DNA of 64,000 bases, taken from assembly GCA_018262855.1 (NCBI GenBank), contig JADFDO010000002.1:187107-251106 (forward strand), given 5' to 3'. Origin of the DNA: Methanolinea sp. Its GTDB lineage: Archaea > Halobacteriota > Methanomicrobia > Methanomicrobiales > Methanospirillaceae. Below are positions 36,295 to 46,597 of the stretch, one piece after another. The translations under genes were made by a program, and so were the position numbers. Numbering within the stretch: position 1 is the stretch's first letter; every line of letters starts with the position of its first letter. The notes beneath the pieces were generated by a model. It did not search any database, was not told the origin of the DNA, and saw nothing but the letters and a program-made list of their open reading frames with translations.

Positions 36295-38829
36295 ATGGCA
36301 TCAACGTCGGAAGAGAACGCAATCGCCTGGCACTCCCTCCCTCTTGAGGATATCAGGGATCGTCTCGTCGCATCCCCTGACGGTCTTGCCGGATCGGAGG
36401 CAGAGGCCCGGCTTGCACGGTATGGAAAAAACGTGCTCCAGGAGGAGAAGACCAGCCGATTTACCATCTTAATCCGGCAATTCAGGAGCCTCCTTGTCTA
36501 CATCCTCATCATCGCGGCAGTCATCTCGCTCCTGGTCTCTGACATCAAGGACTTTTTTATCATCGTCTTCATCATCGTCGTCAACAGCGTGATCGGATAC
36601 TGGCAGGAATTGAAAGCGGAGGCATCCCTTGAGGCATTGAAGAAGATGACCGAGAGCAGAGCCTGCGTGGTAAGGGATGGCTCCCGGCAATTCATCCCCT
36701 CGCAGGATCTTGTCCCCGGTGACTGCGTGGTTCTGTCCGAAGGGGATATCGTGAGTGCTGATATCCGTCTCTTTGAGACACAATCGTTGACCGCTGACGA
36801 GTCGTCTCTCACCGGGGAATCCCTCCCTGTCTCGAAAGATCACGCGGAACGCGTACCCCCCGATGCACCTCCCTATTCCTGGAAGAACAGCCTGCTCTCC
36901 GGGACCACGGTGGTCCGGGGTTCCGGGAAGGGATACGTCGTCGGCACCGGGCAATCCACCTACCTCGCCCGTGTCGCATCACTCGCCCAGGAACGCTCCC
37001 CCGACAGCCCCTTTACCAAAGCAATACACCACTTCTCGCGGCGCTACCTCGCACTCCTCATCGGGATTTTCATCATCGTAGGGATCATCGCCTTCCTCCA
37101 GGACAGACCGATTACCGAGGTGGCCTACCTTCTCGTCGCACAGATGGTCTCCGCAGTCCCCGAGGGCCTTCCCATTGTTGTCACTATCATCATGGTTGTC
37201 GGGGCGCTTGCCCTCTCGAAGAGAAAGACGCTTGTCCGCCACCTGCCATCCGTGGAGACGATGGGGAGTGCGACGGTTATTGCATCGGATAAGACCGGGA
37301 CGATCACCGAAGGGCGCCTCTCCGTGCAGGATGTGGTTGCCCTCGACCATGACAATCTCGTCCTGGCAGCGGCACTCTGCAACGATGCGGAAGGTGGTTT
37401 GGGAGATCCCATCGACGTCGCGCTCGCCCGGTGGGTCGACGGGTACGAATCGATCCGGGAGGCACATCCCCGCCGCTGGGTGTTCCCGTTCGATACGGCA
37501 ATGAAGCTGATGGCGTCCACGAACGTGGTCTCGGGCCGCGAACGCTTCTTCATCAAGGGCGCCTACGAGGAGTTAAAGAAGTACGCCAAGAACCCCGGGG
37601 ATCTCCCTGCTCTTGATATGCAGGTCGATTCACTTGCCGGCCGCGGCCTCCGGGTGCTCGCGTTCGGGGCAGGTGACTGGCATGGCGGGGACCTATCAGA
37701 ATGGTCGTTCTCGATTGTCGGCATCGCTGGGTTCCTGGATCCGGAGAAGCCATCTGCGGCAGATGCGGTCAGTACTGCCCAGAAGGCGGGAGTCAGGGTC
37801 CTGATGATTACCGGCGACTATCCCTTAACCGCACAGGAGATCGCCCACAAGGTGCACATCTGGAAGGAGGGCGATCGCACCCTCACCGGTCCCGAGATCC
37901 AGGCAATGACGGACGAGGAACTTGCTGCTGCCCTCACCACCACCACGGTCCTTGCCCGCATCCTCCCGGAGCACAAGCACCGGATCGTCAAAGTGCTCCA
38001 GGACCATGGCGATATCGTCGCGGTCACGGGTGATGGCGTCAACGATGTCCCGGCGCTACGGGCCGCGGATCTTGGGATCGCGATGGGGAACGGAACGGAG
38101 GCTGCGAAGAGCGCTGCGAAGATGGTGATCGTCGACAATGACCTCTCTGTAATCATCGATGCCATCAGGAACGCAAGGGTGATCGTCGACAATATCCGGA
38201 AGGTGATCTATTACCTTGTCTCCACGTCGGTGACAGAGATCATGCTCATCAGCTCTTCAGTCATCGCGGGGCTCCCCCTCCCCCTCCTCCCGATCCAGAT
38301 CCTCTGGGTCAACCTTGTCACCGACGGGGTCCAGGATAAGACCTTCCCGTTTATCAAGGAAGAGGGAGACGTCATGGCGAGACGACCGGTCCACCCTGCC
38401 CGCCAGTTCTTCGACCGGCGGCAGATCCGGAGAATTGCGACTTTTGGCCTTGTCATGGGAGCGATTGGCTTTCTCCTCTTTCTCCACCTCCTTGGAAAGT
38501 ACCCCTACGTGATCGCAGTTTCGGTTATGTTCACATCGTTTGTCTGCCTCCAATGGTTCAACGGGCTGCAGGCTCAGCTCGAGTATGAACCCTACTTTCT
38601 CGACATCAGGAGAAGCCTCACCATGAACCCGTACATCTACCTTGGCATTGGGGCAGGGCTCCTGCTCCAGCTGGCTGCCATCTACCTCATCCCCGGGATA
38701 TTCGGTGTTGTTCCGCTCGCTCTTGAGCACTGGTTCTACGTTGTGGCATTCTCACTTGCAGGATTCCTGATTGTGGAGGCGATAAAATGGTGGGAACACC
38801 TTCACGGTACCAGGACTGTGTCCGGGTAA
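36295..38829 (+). CDS. Cation-transporting P-type ATPase, type II (Ca2+/Na+/Mg2+-like)
   Basis: TGES, VPEGLP (TM4), DKTGTITEG, MITGDYPLTA, VTGDGVNDVPALRAADLGIAMG. 844 aa with a C-terminal TM bundle. Confidence 0.9.
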   Translation: MASTSEENAIAWHSLPLEDIRDRLVASPDGLAGSEAEARLARYGKNVLQEEKTSRFTILIRQFRSLLVYILIIAAVISLLVSDIKDFFIIVFIIVVNSVIGYWQELKAEASLEALKKMTESRACVVRDGSRQFIPSQDLVPGDCVVLSEGDIVSADIRLFETQSLTADESSLTGESLPVSKDHAERVPPDAPPYSWKNSLLSGTTVVRGSGKGYVVGTGQSTYLARVASLAQERSPDSPFTKAIHHFSRRYLALLIGIFIIVGIIAFLQDRPITEVAYLLVAQMVSAVPEGLPIVVTIIMVVGALALSKRKTLVRHLPSVETMGSATVIASDKTGTITEGRLSVQDVVALDHDNLVLAAALCNDAEGGLGDPIDVALARWVDGYESIREAHPRRWVFPFDTAMKLMASTNVVSGRERFFIKGAYEELKKYAKNPGDLPALDMQVDSLAGRGLRVLAFGAGDWHGGDLSEWSFSIVGIAGFLDPEKPSAADAVSTAQKAGVRVLMITGDYPLTAQEIAHKVHIWKEGDRTLTGPEIQAMTDEELAAALTTTTVLARILPEHKHRIVKVLQDHGDIVAVTGDGVNDVPALRAADLGIAMGNGTEAAKSAAKMVIVDNDLSVIIDAIRNARVIVDNIRKVIYYLVSTSVTEIMLISSSVIAGLPLPLLPIQILWVNLVTDGVQDKTFPFIKEEGDVMARRPVHPARQFFDRRQIRRIATFGLVMGAIGFLLFLHLLGKYPYVIAVSVMFTSFVCLQWFNGLQAQLEYEPYFLDIRRSLTMNPYIYLGIGAGLLLQLAAIYLIPGIFGVVPLALEHWFYVVAFSLAGFLIVEAIKWWEHLHGTRTVSG

Positions 38830-38912
38830 TTCCCGGGCACAAGATTCTATAGTGCGGACAGGTGTGATGAAGAGGATGCATTCGTATTGTGGGATAGGAA
38901 AAAACTGAGAGC

Positions 38913-40328
38913 ATGGAACGCTGGTCATCGAATATCGGGTTTATCCTGGCATCAATCGGCGCAGCGGTAGGGATCGGGAACATCTGGCGGTTCTCTGCCG
39001 TCCTCGGACAGAACGGAGGCGGGGCATACCTCGTCCCGTACTTCATCGCCGTCTTTGTCTTCGCTCTGCCGCTGATGATCCTCGAGATCACGATGGGAAG
39101 GCAGTTTCGTGCAGATGTCGTGGGTGCGTTCCGGAAGGTGAGGCCGGAGTTCCGCGTCATAGGGTGGCTCCTCTGCGCGATCGTGTTCCTGATCCTGAGT
39201 TACTACCTCGTAATCACAGGGTGGACGGTTGCCTACACCTTTTTCTCTGCGACGGGGAGCAATGTCGTCTTCTCCGGGTTCACCGGAACATACCTCCCGG
39301 TGATCTTTGCAGTATTCTCCGTTGTGGTTACAGGAATCATCGTCTCGATCGGAGTCCAGAAAGGAATCGAACGGATCTCCGTGATCCTGATTCCCGTCTG
39401 TATTGTGATCCTCGTTATCCTCGCCCTCTTCAGCACCACGCTCCCGGGGTTTGGCGAGGCACTCACCTATCTCCTGACTCCGGATTTCTCTGTCCTCCTC
39501 CATGCAGATATCTGGGCCGCAGCGTTCGGGCAGGCATTCTTTTCGCTCTCGGTCGGTGAAGGAATCCTTCTCACCTACGGCTCTTACATGGCAAAGGATC
39601 AGAAGATCCCGTCCGCCGCCCTGATCATCACCGTTGCGGATATCGGGATCGCACTGCTTGCAGGCGTGGTCATCTTCCCGATCGTCTTTTCGTACGGGCT
39701 CTCTCCTGCAATCGGAGCCGAGCTTGCATTCACGACACTCCCGATCGCGTTCTCGCTGATGCCGGCCGGGCAGATCTTTGCGGTCGCGTTCTTTGCGGTC
39801 CTTTTCTTTGCTGCGCTCACGTCATCGGTTTCCATGCTGGAAGTCTGCGTTGCAGCGATCGAGGAGGCTGCCGGGTGGGCCCGGAGGAAGACCACCCTGG
39901 TGGTGACAGGCCTGCTCCTGGTCGCAACCATGTTCCCTGCGCTCAGTTACAGTGCGATGAAGCTTTCCTTCCTTGGATTGCCCGTCCTTGATCTCATGGA
40001 TGAGACCGTAGGCTCTCTCGGGCTTCATGTTGCTGCCCTGCTCCTTGCCGTGGCCTTCACCTGGTTCCTCAAGGAGGATCTCTTTTCAGCATACCTGGGA
40101 GGACCAACCCGCCTGAACCGGCTCCTCTTCCTCCTCTGCAAGTACCTTATCCCGGTAGGCCTTCTCGTCACGATTGTCTCACAACTGGTCAACGGCATGG
40201 AGGGTGCGGCAAGTTCCTTCATCCCCGGCACCCGTGAGATCGGTGCAATCCTCCAGGTGGAGGGGGTCTTCCTTGTTGCGTTCATCGTGCTGATTCTCTG
40301 GACCATTGCCCGGAAACCCATGGAGTAA
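38913..40328 (+). CDS. Sodium-dependent transporter, NSS/SNF family
   Basis: MERWSSNIGFILASIGAAVGIGNIWRFSAVLGQNGGGAYLVPYF is the canonical NSS TM1 region. About 11-12 TM helices. Confidence 0.9.
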   Translation: MERWSSNIGFILASIGAAVGIGNIWRFSAVLGQNGGGAYLVPYFIAVFVFALPLMILEITMGRQFRADVVGAFRKVRPEFRVIGWLLCAIVFLILSYYLVITGWTVAYTFFSATGSNVVFSGFTGTYLPVIFAVFSVVVTGIIVSIGVQKGIERISVILIPVCIVILVILALFSTTLPGFGEALTYLLTPDFSVLLHADIWAAAFGQAFFSLSVGEGILLTYGSYMAKDQKIPSAALIITVADIGIALLAGVVIFPIVFSYGLSPAIGAELAFTTLPIAFSLMPAGQIFAVAFFAVLFFAALTSSVSMLEVCVAAIEEAAGWARRKTTLVVTGLLLVATMFPALSYSAMKLSFLGLPVLDLMDETVGSLGLHVAALLLAVAFTWFLKEDLFSAYLGGPTRLNRLLFLLCKYLIPVGLLVTIVSQLVNGMEGAASSFIPGTREIGAILQVEGVFLVAFIVLILWTIARKPME

Positions 40329-40493
40329 GTGATGGTGTGATCCTGCATGCATTCTTTTTTGAATTCCTTCCAACCTGGATCCAGTATCCTGTGTTAGGGA
40401 GATACCCCGCATACCTGCGGCACATGAACCAGGATACCTGGAGAGGAAAGGGATGCTCCAGATGGGGCCTGTGAATACCCTGACCTGAACCCC

Positions 40494-40800
40494 TCACCTG
40501 AGAAGCTGCACGATCTCTTCAGGTACGATAAGATCAAAGAGCCCGTGAATCTCGGCCCGGGCACCGTCGAACCATTCCACTATGCTTTCACTTGAGAGAA
40601 ACCCCGCGGGTTCCTCTGTGTGCATGGTGAACACGAGAGTCCATCCCTGTTTTTCGGGTATAGGACGGATGGATCGGACCGATCCTTCACTGCCAGGAAT
40701 CTTCATGCTGGTGAACAAGATCTTGTCCTGTGTGGTCTCACAATTGAAGCTCCGTGAGACGAGATGCTCGATCTCTGCAGTCCCGGGCAGGTGTATGCCG
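40494..40800 (-). repeat. Direct repeat copy 2, partner at 32970..33275
   Basis: See copy 1. Same orientation, about 7.5 kb apart. Confidence 0.7.
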
Positions 40801-41027
40801 GGAGGGACAGATAAGAGGTCAGTATATCGGAGTGTGCACCCCGTGATCCGGGAGATCTCCCCCGCACCGGTGATCATATCCGTGATCCTATCCCTGATAT
40901 GCGGCCAACCCGGGTAGGGAGGAGGGATTACCAGGGAGAGTGATTCAGCACCAGGTCCAGGGGTGCAGCAGCAGAAGACCTCCTGGACCGGTGAACGGGA
41001 AAAGGAATGTGGCAGGGGATGGTCCAT
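40494..41027 (-). CDS. Hypothetical protein (177 aa), full-length paralogue of 32970..33281
   Basis: ORF with C-terminal SVRSIRPIPEKQGWTLVFTMHT...IVEWFDGARAEIHGLFDLIVPEEIVQLLR. Function unknown. Confidence 0.55.
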   Translation of the reverse strand: MDHPLPHSFSRSPVQEVFCCCTPGPGAESLSLVIPPPYPGWPHIRDRITDMITGAGEISRITGCTLRYTDLLSVPPGIHLPGTAEIEHLVSRSFNCETTQDKILFTSMKIPGSEGSVRSIRPIPEKQGWTLVFTMHTEEPAGFLSSESIVEWFDGARAEIHGLFDLIVPEEIVQLLR

Positions 41028-41218
41028 TACAGGAACGATTTCAGACGGATGGGTATTCTATCTTTGCTGCCTGTGAGTCGGTTGGTCGTCCCGGGACTGT
41101 GAAGGGTGTGCGGGGAAAACCACGCATGCTGCGGGATGATATGTACGGATACTTTCGATGATGGCCATGAGATCGATCGGGATCACCCTGAGAAGCCATT
41201 GATGGTGACAGGTAATCT

Positions 41219-41440
41219 CTATTCAATGAGAATATCGTCGCGTGAAAGTCCGGCTTGCTTCAGGATCTCATGAAGAGTACCTTGTGGAAGATCGCCGGGA
41301 TGAAGGGGGATGGTGACCTGGCGCCCTGTCTCTTCATTCCTGAAAATCTGGTGGCTGCCTTTTGTCCTGACCAGCACGAAACCTTTCCTTTCGAGGATTG
41401 AAACCACTTTTCTGGAAGTGAGTGGTGGGATCTTAGGCAT
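41219..41440 (-). CDS. hicA: HicA-family mRNA-interferase toxin
   Basis: LTSRKVVSILERKGFVLVRTKGSHQIFRNEETGRQVTIPLHPGDLPQGTLHEILKQAGL matches the HicA/YcfA signature (KGSH, P.H...L..GT...I). Confidence 0.9.
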   Translation of the reverse strand: MPKIPPLTSRKVVSILERKGFVLVRTKGSHQIFRNEETGRQVTIPLHPGDLPQGTLHEILKQAGLSRDDILIE

Positions 41441-41690
41441 GAGCCAGGATTGTCAGGGTATATTCGAAAAGACCGTCCTGGTCGGGGATTTCTTCCCCTT
41501 TCTCGGTAAGAGTCTCAATATACAATTCGACTGCTTCCTGTGCCATCCGGATCGCATCATCGAGTGTCTTTCCATATGTCACGCATCCCGGAAGTATCGG
41601 AACAGTCACTGTATATCCTCCCTCAGGTTCTTGCCGAAGGAAGATTTTATATCGGCGTTCTGGCATGGATGTCCTCGCAGTATAGTTCAC
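41433..41690 (-). CDS. hicB: HicB-family antitoxin (UPF0150 fold, no obvious DNA-binding extension)
   Basis: YKIFLRQEPEGGYTVTVPILPGCVTYGKTLDDAIRMAQEAVELYIETLTEKGEEIP. 8-nt overlap with hicA. ATG 41666 is an alternative start. Confidence 0.85.
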   Translation of the reverse strand: MNYTARTSMPERRYKIFLRQEPEGGYTVTVPILPGCVTYGKTLDDAIRMAQEAVELYIETLTEKGEEIPDQDGLFEYTLTILAHA

Positions 41691-42040
41691 GGAGCAGGAC
41701 CTGGTACTTGTGGGCTACTCTTGAGTAGTAGGTTCTCGTCACCTCTATTTAAGATGTGATGCGACAGGTACCCGACCCTACAGTATCACGCAATGTCCTT
41801 TGGAAAACCACGAGGGTGAGCCTGACGATTTGAGCTGTGGTGCCATGGGGAAGGATAGGAGAGATGGACATGAGTATGGTATGGCAATAATCAAGGAGTT
41901 GCCGGTTGGAGATTGTTTCTTCTCTCTTTGCCGCCTGATTCCAGGCTTAATTCATTGGGAGATCCGGATGATGAGAAAACGCGGGATGAAAAACGGTATC
42001 CTTTATTGATTCGCCCGGACAACGCCATGATCGGTTTTCC

Positions 42041-42364
42041 ATGATCTCCTATCATACCATAACCGGATACAAGGAATCGCTCCCCGGCATCCGGCAGAAG
42101 ACCCTTGTCTATGGGGATCACACCCTCATGGTCGAATTCCAGCTGGACAAGGGATCAGAGCTTCCCAAGCACACCCACCCTCACGAGCAGACAGGATATC
42201 TCGTGTCCGGGCACATCACGCTCCGGATCGATGCCGAGGAATCGGAGATCCGGCCGGGCGACAGCTGGACTATTGCCGGAAATGTCGAGCATTCGGCAAC
42301 GATCCACCAGGATTCGGTGGCGGTCGAGGTATTTTCCCCGGTCAGGAAAGAATACCTGCCTTAA
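42041..42364 (+). CDS. Cupin-domain protein
   Basis: KHTHPHEQTGYLVSGHITL...GDSWTIAGNVEHSA, i.e. cupin motif 1 (H.H...E/Q..G) and motif 2 (G......H). Confidence 0.8.
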   Translation: MISYHTITGYKESLPGIRQKTLVYGDHTLMVEFQLDKGSELPKHTHPHEQTGYLVSGHITLRIDAEESEIRPGDSWTIAGNVEHSATIHQDSVAVEVFSPVRKEYLP

Positions 42365-42497
42365 TCTTTTCTTCAAAGAAATTGGCCTTATTATTCTTGT
42401 ATTAAAAGATTCTCCATCCAAATTAAAAACTGAACTCACAGAGAAAGTATTTAACAATTAAAATAGAACACTCAAAAAATTATGGAGTATCAGTATA

Positions 42498-43946
42498 ATG
42501 AACACACACCGAACGTTTAAGAGAAAATGCCCTCCTCAAGATGGGCGTCGGATCACTCGATCACGGAATGGCTCCTGGCCATACATTCTGTTTCTTTTTA
42601 CAATCCTCGTCCTGGTGGGAACTGCCCAGGCTCTCTTTTCGGAACCGGTCACCCAGAAAGACCTGGAATGCATGCGCTTTGTGACTCCAGACTTCCAGTT
42701 ACTTCCCGGCTCCTCGTTGACCTGGGCAGAACAGGCCGCAATCGAGGAGTGGATGTTTTCCGGCCACGTAAAAGCGCTGATCCCCCGTGGTGACGGGTAC
42801 GAAGTCACCATCCGCCATGACAATGGGACGCTTGAAACGAGGTATTTCTCTGAATTCTCCAACGGGCAGCCATTCTGCCCTGAGAATCCCGGGTGCATGG
42901 AATGGGCGTATGCATTCGATGAGGAAGAGGTTGAAAAAGCCAAACAGTACTATGGCCAGGAAATATCATATCTGAACCTTATCAAGGCTGTAGCCCCTGA
43001 TGAGTATGAGTGCATGGATTACAATGTCCGTGCCAAAACATCATACCGGAATATCATGTGGCCTGAAGATCCTGAAGAATTCATCATTCCCTGGATCATC
43101 GGATTCGGTCGTTGCGAATCTGGTATGTACTACCAATCGGCAGAGGTCGGGTCCCTGTTTCCTGACCTGAGCAGCGAGCTGATAGGAAAGACTTCCCGCG
43201 AAGGCTCCGGCTGGGAGATCGTAGTCACGGTCCAGGAGCCGAAGGACCAGTATGGGAATCAATACTCCTCCATGCTGGATTTCTATAGGGTGCAGTATCC
43301 CGAAGTGTATGCCTCGCTGTCATCATCGGAGCGGCGGGAACTCGAGTCGCAGCCTCCCCGGGTGGGAGACGTCAGTATCAGGACCACGCCTGACAGGGAG
43401 CAGCAGGAAATCCTGCGGACAATCTGGGGGACCGATATTACGAACGAGGAATATTTCACCCTCCTCTGGCCTGATCTCTGGGATGCCCTCCCGGAATGGA
43501 TGAGCGAACCCCCGTGGGCTGATAACCCATACCGGTGGCTGGAGCCCGGTCCTGATAATTATTACTCGGTCCGGAACGATTACATCCTCCCCGAAGACCG
43601 CCTGCCTCCCTCGTCCAACCTCCCTGAAAAGCAGGTCGCGGTTCCTGCCAAAGAAACAAAGGAGGAGACAGGGGATGTAAGTCTCAACCTGTTGACACTG
43701 AAGACCCCGAACAGGCGCATTTCACCAGATTCGCGACTCACGAGGCCATCAATGCCGGCACTCTCCAGTCTCAGGACCGGGACTGAATCAGCCGGTTTTA
43801 CCGTGAAGGAGAGCCGGGAAGAACAATCCGTGAAGGAATCACTGTCACAGATGTCAGGGCGGTTCACTGTCAATACCCCGGCGAAATCCGCATCGCTCAA
43901 GGCCTCCGTCGCCCGGACATGTGCTTCCTGTGGTGTGAGGAGATAA
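42498..43946 (+). CDS. Hypothetical secreted/membrane-anchored protein (482 aa)
   Basis: Basic N-terminus then a hydrophobic helix (WPYILFLFTILVLVGTAQA). Acidic Trp/Tyr-rich body and a low-complexity Ser/Thr-rich C-terminus. No known motif. Confidence 0.55.
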   Translation: MNTHRTFKRKCPPQDGRRITRSRNGSWPYILFLFTILVLVGTAQALFSEPVTQKDLECMRFVTPDFQLLPGSSLTWAEQAAIEEWMFSGHVKALIPRGDGYEVTIRHDNGTLETRYFSEFSNGQPFCPENPGCMEWAYAFDEEEVEKAKQYYGQEISYLNLIKAVAPDEYECMDYNVRAKTSYRNIMWPEDPEEFIIPWIIGFGRCESGMYYQSAEVGSLFPDLSSELIGKTSREGSGWEIVVTVQEPKDQYGNQYSSMLDFYRVQYPEVYASLSSSERRELESQPPRVGDVSIRTTPDREQQEILRTIWGTDITNEEYFTLLWPDLWDALPEWMSEPPWADNPYRWLEPGPDNYYSVRNDYILPEDRLPPSSNLPEKQVAVPAKETKEETGDVSLNLLTLKTPNRRISPDSRLTRPSMPALSSLRTGTESAGFTVKESREEQSVKESLSQMSGRFTVNTPAKSASLKASVARTCASCGVRR

Positions 43947-43995
43947 CTGGTGATGCGGGCTGAAACGCTCATCCTCCAGGGGGTGGGCAGGTACC

Positions 43996-44002
43996 TTTTT
44001 TT
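43996..44002 (+). terminator. Oligo-T (T7) downstream of 42498..43946
   Basis: T7 run at 43996-44002. Confidence 0.3.
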
Positions 44003-44168
44003 CTGAATGAAATTGGCTTTCCCATCTTCATTGTGGACGCATGTGTTTCGACTGAGTAATCGTGAAGTGTTTTAACCCGGATAAGGTCTCATTCTGTCAC
44101 TGTGTGAAGCGATAAGATCTGGGAAATCGAATACATTTTATAGACATACCTTGTATAAGGTGACACAA

Positions 44169-44795
44169 ATGAAAATTATTGCATTTGGGGTTATCTTCTT
44201 CCTCATTCTGATCTCTCTCTCATTCTCTGGTTGTGTGCAGCAAGAGATACAATCAGACCTTTTGCCTGAAGTCCATAACACTCCCGGCATGTTCGATTCG
44301 CCCTATTATGGTATCTCTTTTCAATATCCCGATGATTGGATATTTTCATTCCAGGAGAAAAGTTTCAAACTTGATAGAATTCGGGAATTGGGGATTGGTC
44401 ACGCATTTCGCGCAGTATATACCAATAATACAAGCGGATTTTCCTTCGCGATGAGTGGTTCAAGAGAGGACTTTGATCCGCATATTCATTCTGAAAATTT
44501 TTCCGAAAGCCAGGAGTGTGGCTTTTACGGGACCGATGACCGGCTCAACATCACCGTCAGTGAATCGTATAATCCTGTGACTATTGATGGGGGAAAGGCA
44601 CGGAGGTTTATCATCGTCGTTCATGATCCGGGCCTTGAAACTGTGGAAACATATTATGATATATGCAGGGCGTATAAATCCGGAAAAAGTATGATTTACA
44701 GGATTTTTTGGAGTGCGCCTTCTGAGAGATACTTTGATTACAAGCCTGTTGTGCAGGAGATTCTCGATAGCATTAGGATTTACGAACCTTCATAA
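44169..44795 (+). CDS. Hypothetical lipobox-type secreted protein carrying one copy of the ~140-aa domain that is triplicated in the convergent neighbour
   Basis: MKIIAFGVIFFLILISLSFSGC signal. Body (ISFQYPDDWIF...VTIDGGKARRFIIV...YRIFWSAP...VVQEILDSIRI) parallels the repeat units of 44811..46265. ATG 44169 is preferred over TTG 44151. Confidence 0.6.
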   Translation: MKIIAFGVIFFLILISLSFSGCVQQEIQSDLLPEVHNTPGMFDSPYYGISFQYPDDWIFSFQEKSFKLDRIRELGIGHAFRAVYTNNTSGFSFAMSGSREDFDPHIHSENFSESQECGFYGTDDRLNITVSESYNPVTIDGGKARRFIIVVHDPGLETVETYYDICRAYKSGKSMIYRIFWSAPSERYFDYKPVVQEILDSIRIYEPS

Positions 44796-44810
44796 GAAGG
44801 CATGATATTT

Positions 44811-46265
44811 TCAAGCTCCCTGCGAATCATCCACCGGACTCTGCGGAAATAAATGGTCAGAAGGGCAGTTTACCTCAATTGATTTGAGGAATGCATTCAC
44901 TTTCTCTTCTGATCGGGCATCGCCTTTGGTATACTGGTAATTGATGAAATAGAAAATCCTGTTATACAGATGTCCCTCGCATTTCCGTGTGAAACTGATG
45001 AACCCGTTCATATATTCCCGATCGGGATCGCTCACGAGAAAAGTCCGCTGTATTCCCTCCCCTCCCGCTATCTGGATTGTTTTCTTATATTCGATGGGTG
45101 TTGAATTAGGAACACCATGAGTAAAAATCGCATTTCGTTCTTCCATCCCTTCGGGATGATAATACGGTTCGATGGAGATCCGGATCGACAATTCCCCGTC
45201 GGAGAAGGGAACTATTGCCCGGGGTTTTTCCAACAATCTATTGACCCGCCATGATTGGGGTGTGTTCACTGTCAATCTGTTATTAAAAGCATCAAACACA
45301 GGAGGGCAGGTGAGTTCTATCGAATCGAGCATTGCCTTGACTGTTCTCTCCAGGTGGTCATCGCCCAGGTTATATTGGTAGTGAATGAAGTAGATTATTT
45401 CATTATAGTGCAGTCCAGGGCATTCCCGGGCGATGCCGATAAACCCTTCAATATATTGCCGATTACTTCCATTTACAAGGAATTCCCATTTTAATCCCTC
45501 TACCCCGGAAATCTGGATTTCTTTAAAGCTTTCTCTTGCAGTCGCATTGGGTGTCTCATAGCTAATTCCTATACCGCCCGGACCCTGTCCTTCAGGAAGT
45601 GTCTTCTGATCAATATATACATCAATGAACGCCTGATTGACAGGATGAGTGAATACCACATGTGATTTTTCTATTGTTTTTTCCATATGCCAGGATTGAG
45701 GAATGTGTATCTCAACCGCTGTATTGGTGTATTTATTCGCGGAAGGACAGTCCAATTCAATTGAATCGAGTATTTCCCTGACCATCTCTTCCCGCCGTGC
45801 ATCACCTGCCGGGTATTCGAAGCGAATAATATAGGATATTTTCCTATTTCCCCTGTCCTGGCATTCCCGGGTGATCCAGATAACTCCTTCGATATACTGC
45901 CGATCATTCTCATTCACAAGAAATTCCCATTGAAATCCATCTTTGCCGGAAATCTGTATTGTTTCCCGGTATCCAATTTGAGTTCTGTTTGGTTTTCCCT
46001 GTTCTAAATTCAGAAGCTCTGCTCCTTCAGGATTGTATAACTCCTGAATTTCAACCGCAATTGATGCCTGGTTGTCAGGAGAAGAGAACACCATCTGGGC
46101 TTTCTCCAGTATTGTGTCCACCCGCCAGGATTGAGGAGTGAAGACCGAAAATCCGGATTCTGGAAGAGAATCTTTCGCGAACTGGTCTTTTTCTCCCGAA
46201 AATGCCTGCACACATCCAGGAATGAGAAGAAAGAATACGAGAATGATTGGAATGATATGGTTCAT
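44811..46265 (-). CDS. Hypothetical lipobox-type secreted protein built of three tandem ~140-aa repeats
   Basis: MNHIIPIILVFFLLIPGC signal. Three units each contain PQSW(R/H)..., IQI(S/A)G.(D/E)G..(W/R).FLV...(R/D)(Q/E)Y(I/M).G.I...R.C...Y.I.Y....Y..GD......V...L.SIE(L/V).CP. ATG 46265 is preferred over the listed 46322. Confidence 0.7.
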   Translation of the reverse strand: MNHIIPIILVFFLLIPGCVQAFSGEKDQFAKDSLPESGFSVFTPQSWRVDTILEKAQMVFSSPDNQASIAVEIQELYNPEGAELLNLEQGKPNRTQIGYRETIQISGKDGFQWEFLVNENDRQYIEGVIWITRECQDRGNRKISYIIRFEYPAGDARREEMVREILDSIELDCPSANKYTNTAVEIHIPQSWHMEKTIEKSHVVFTHPVNQAFIDVYIDQKTLPEGQGPGGIGISYETPNATARESFKEIQISGVEGLKWEFLVNGSNRQYIEGFIGIARECPGLHYNEIIYFIHYQYNLGDDHLERTVKAMLDSIELTCPPVFDAFNNRLTVNTPQSWRVNRLLEKPRAIVPFSDGELSIRISIEPYYHPEGMEERNAIFTHGVPNSTPIEYKKTIQIAGGEGIQRTFLVSDPDREYMNGFISFTRKCEGHLYNRIFYFINYQYTKGDARSEEKVNAFLKSIEVNCPSDHLFPQSPVDDSQGA

Positions 46266-46597
46266 TGTTCTTACCAAATATCGAATGATGGAGAACCTGT
46301 GATAAATCCTTTCCATATACATATTACGATCTAATATTCGTCATTCCTGGACAACTCATAATTTACATCACATGGAGGAATTCATTGATAATGTTGCCCC
46401 GATGAAAAAGCTGGCAGTCTCCCTCATTCACGTTCAAGTCAGGATGGTGAAGACCGGTGGAAAATGGGGATTCATTCCAATGTGGCCTGGGATATTGAGA
46501 TGAGGGAGTTTTTTTATGCCGTCTGGATGTTTTCTTTTATGAGATAGCCGATTACCTCCTCCGATTCTATTTATCTCCCCCACTACAACATGGGATC

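Noticed and set aside
44811-46265. Periodic repeats that might suggest a CRISPR or satellite array (also 59158..59913)
   Set aside because: The repeats are 400+ nt, divergent, in frame and translate into related protein domains. There is no short repeat/spacer structure anywhere in the window.
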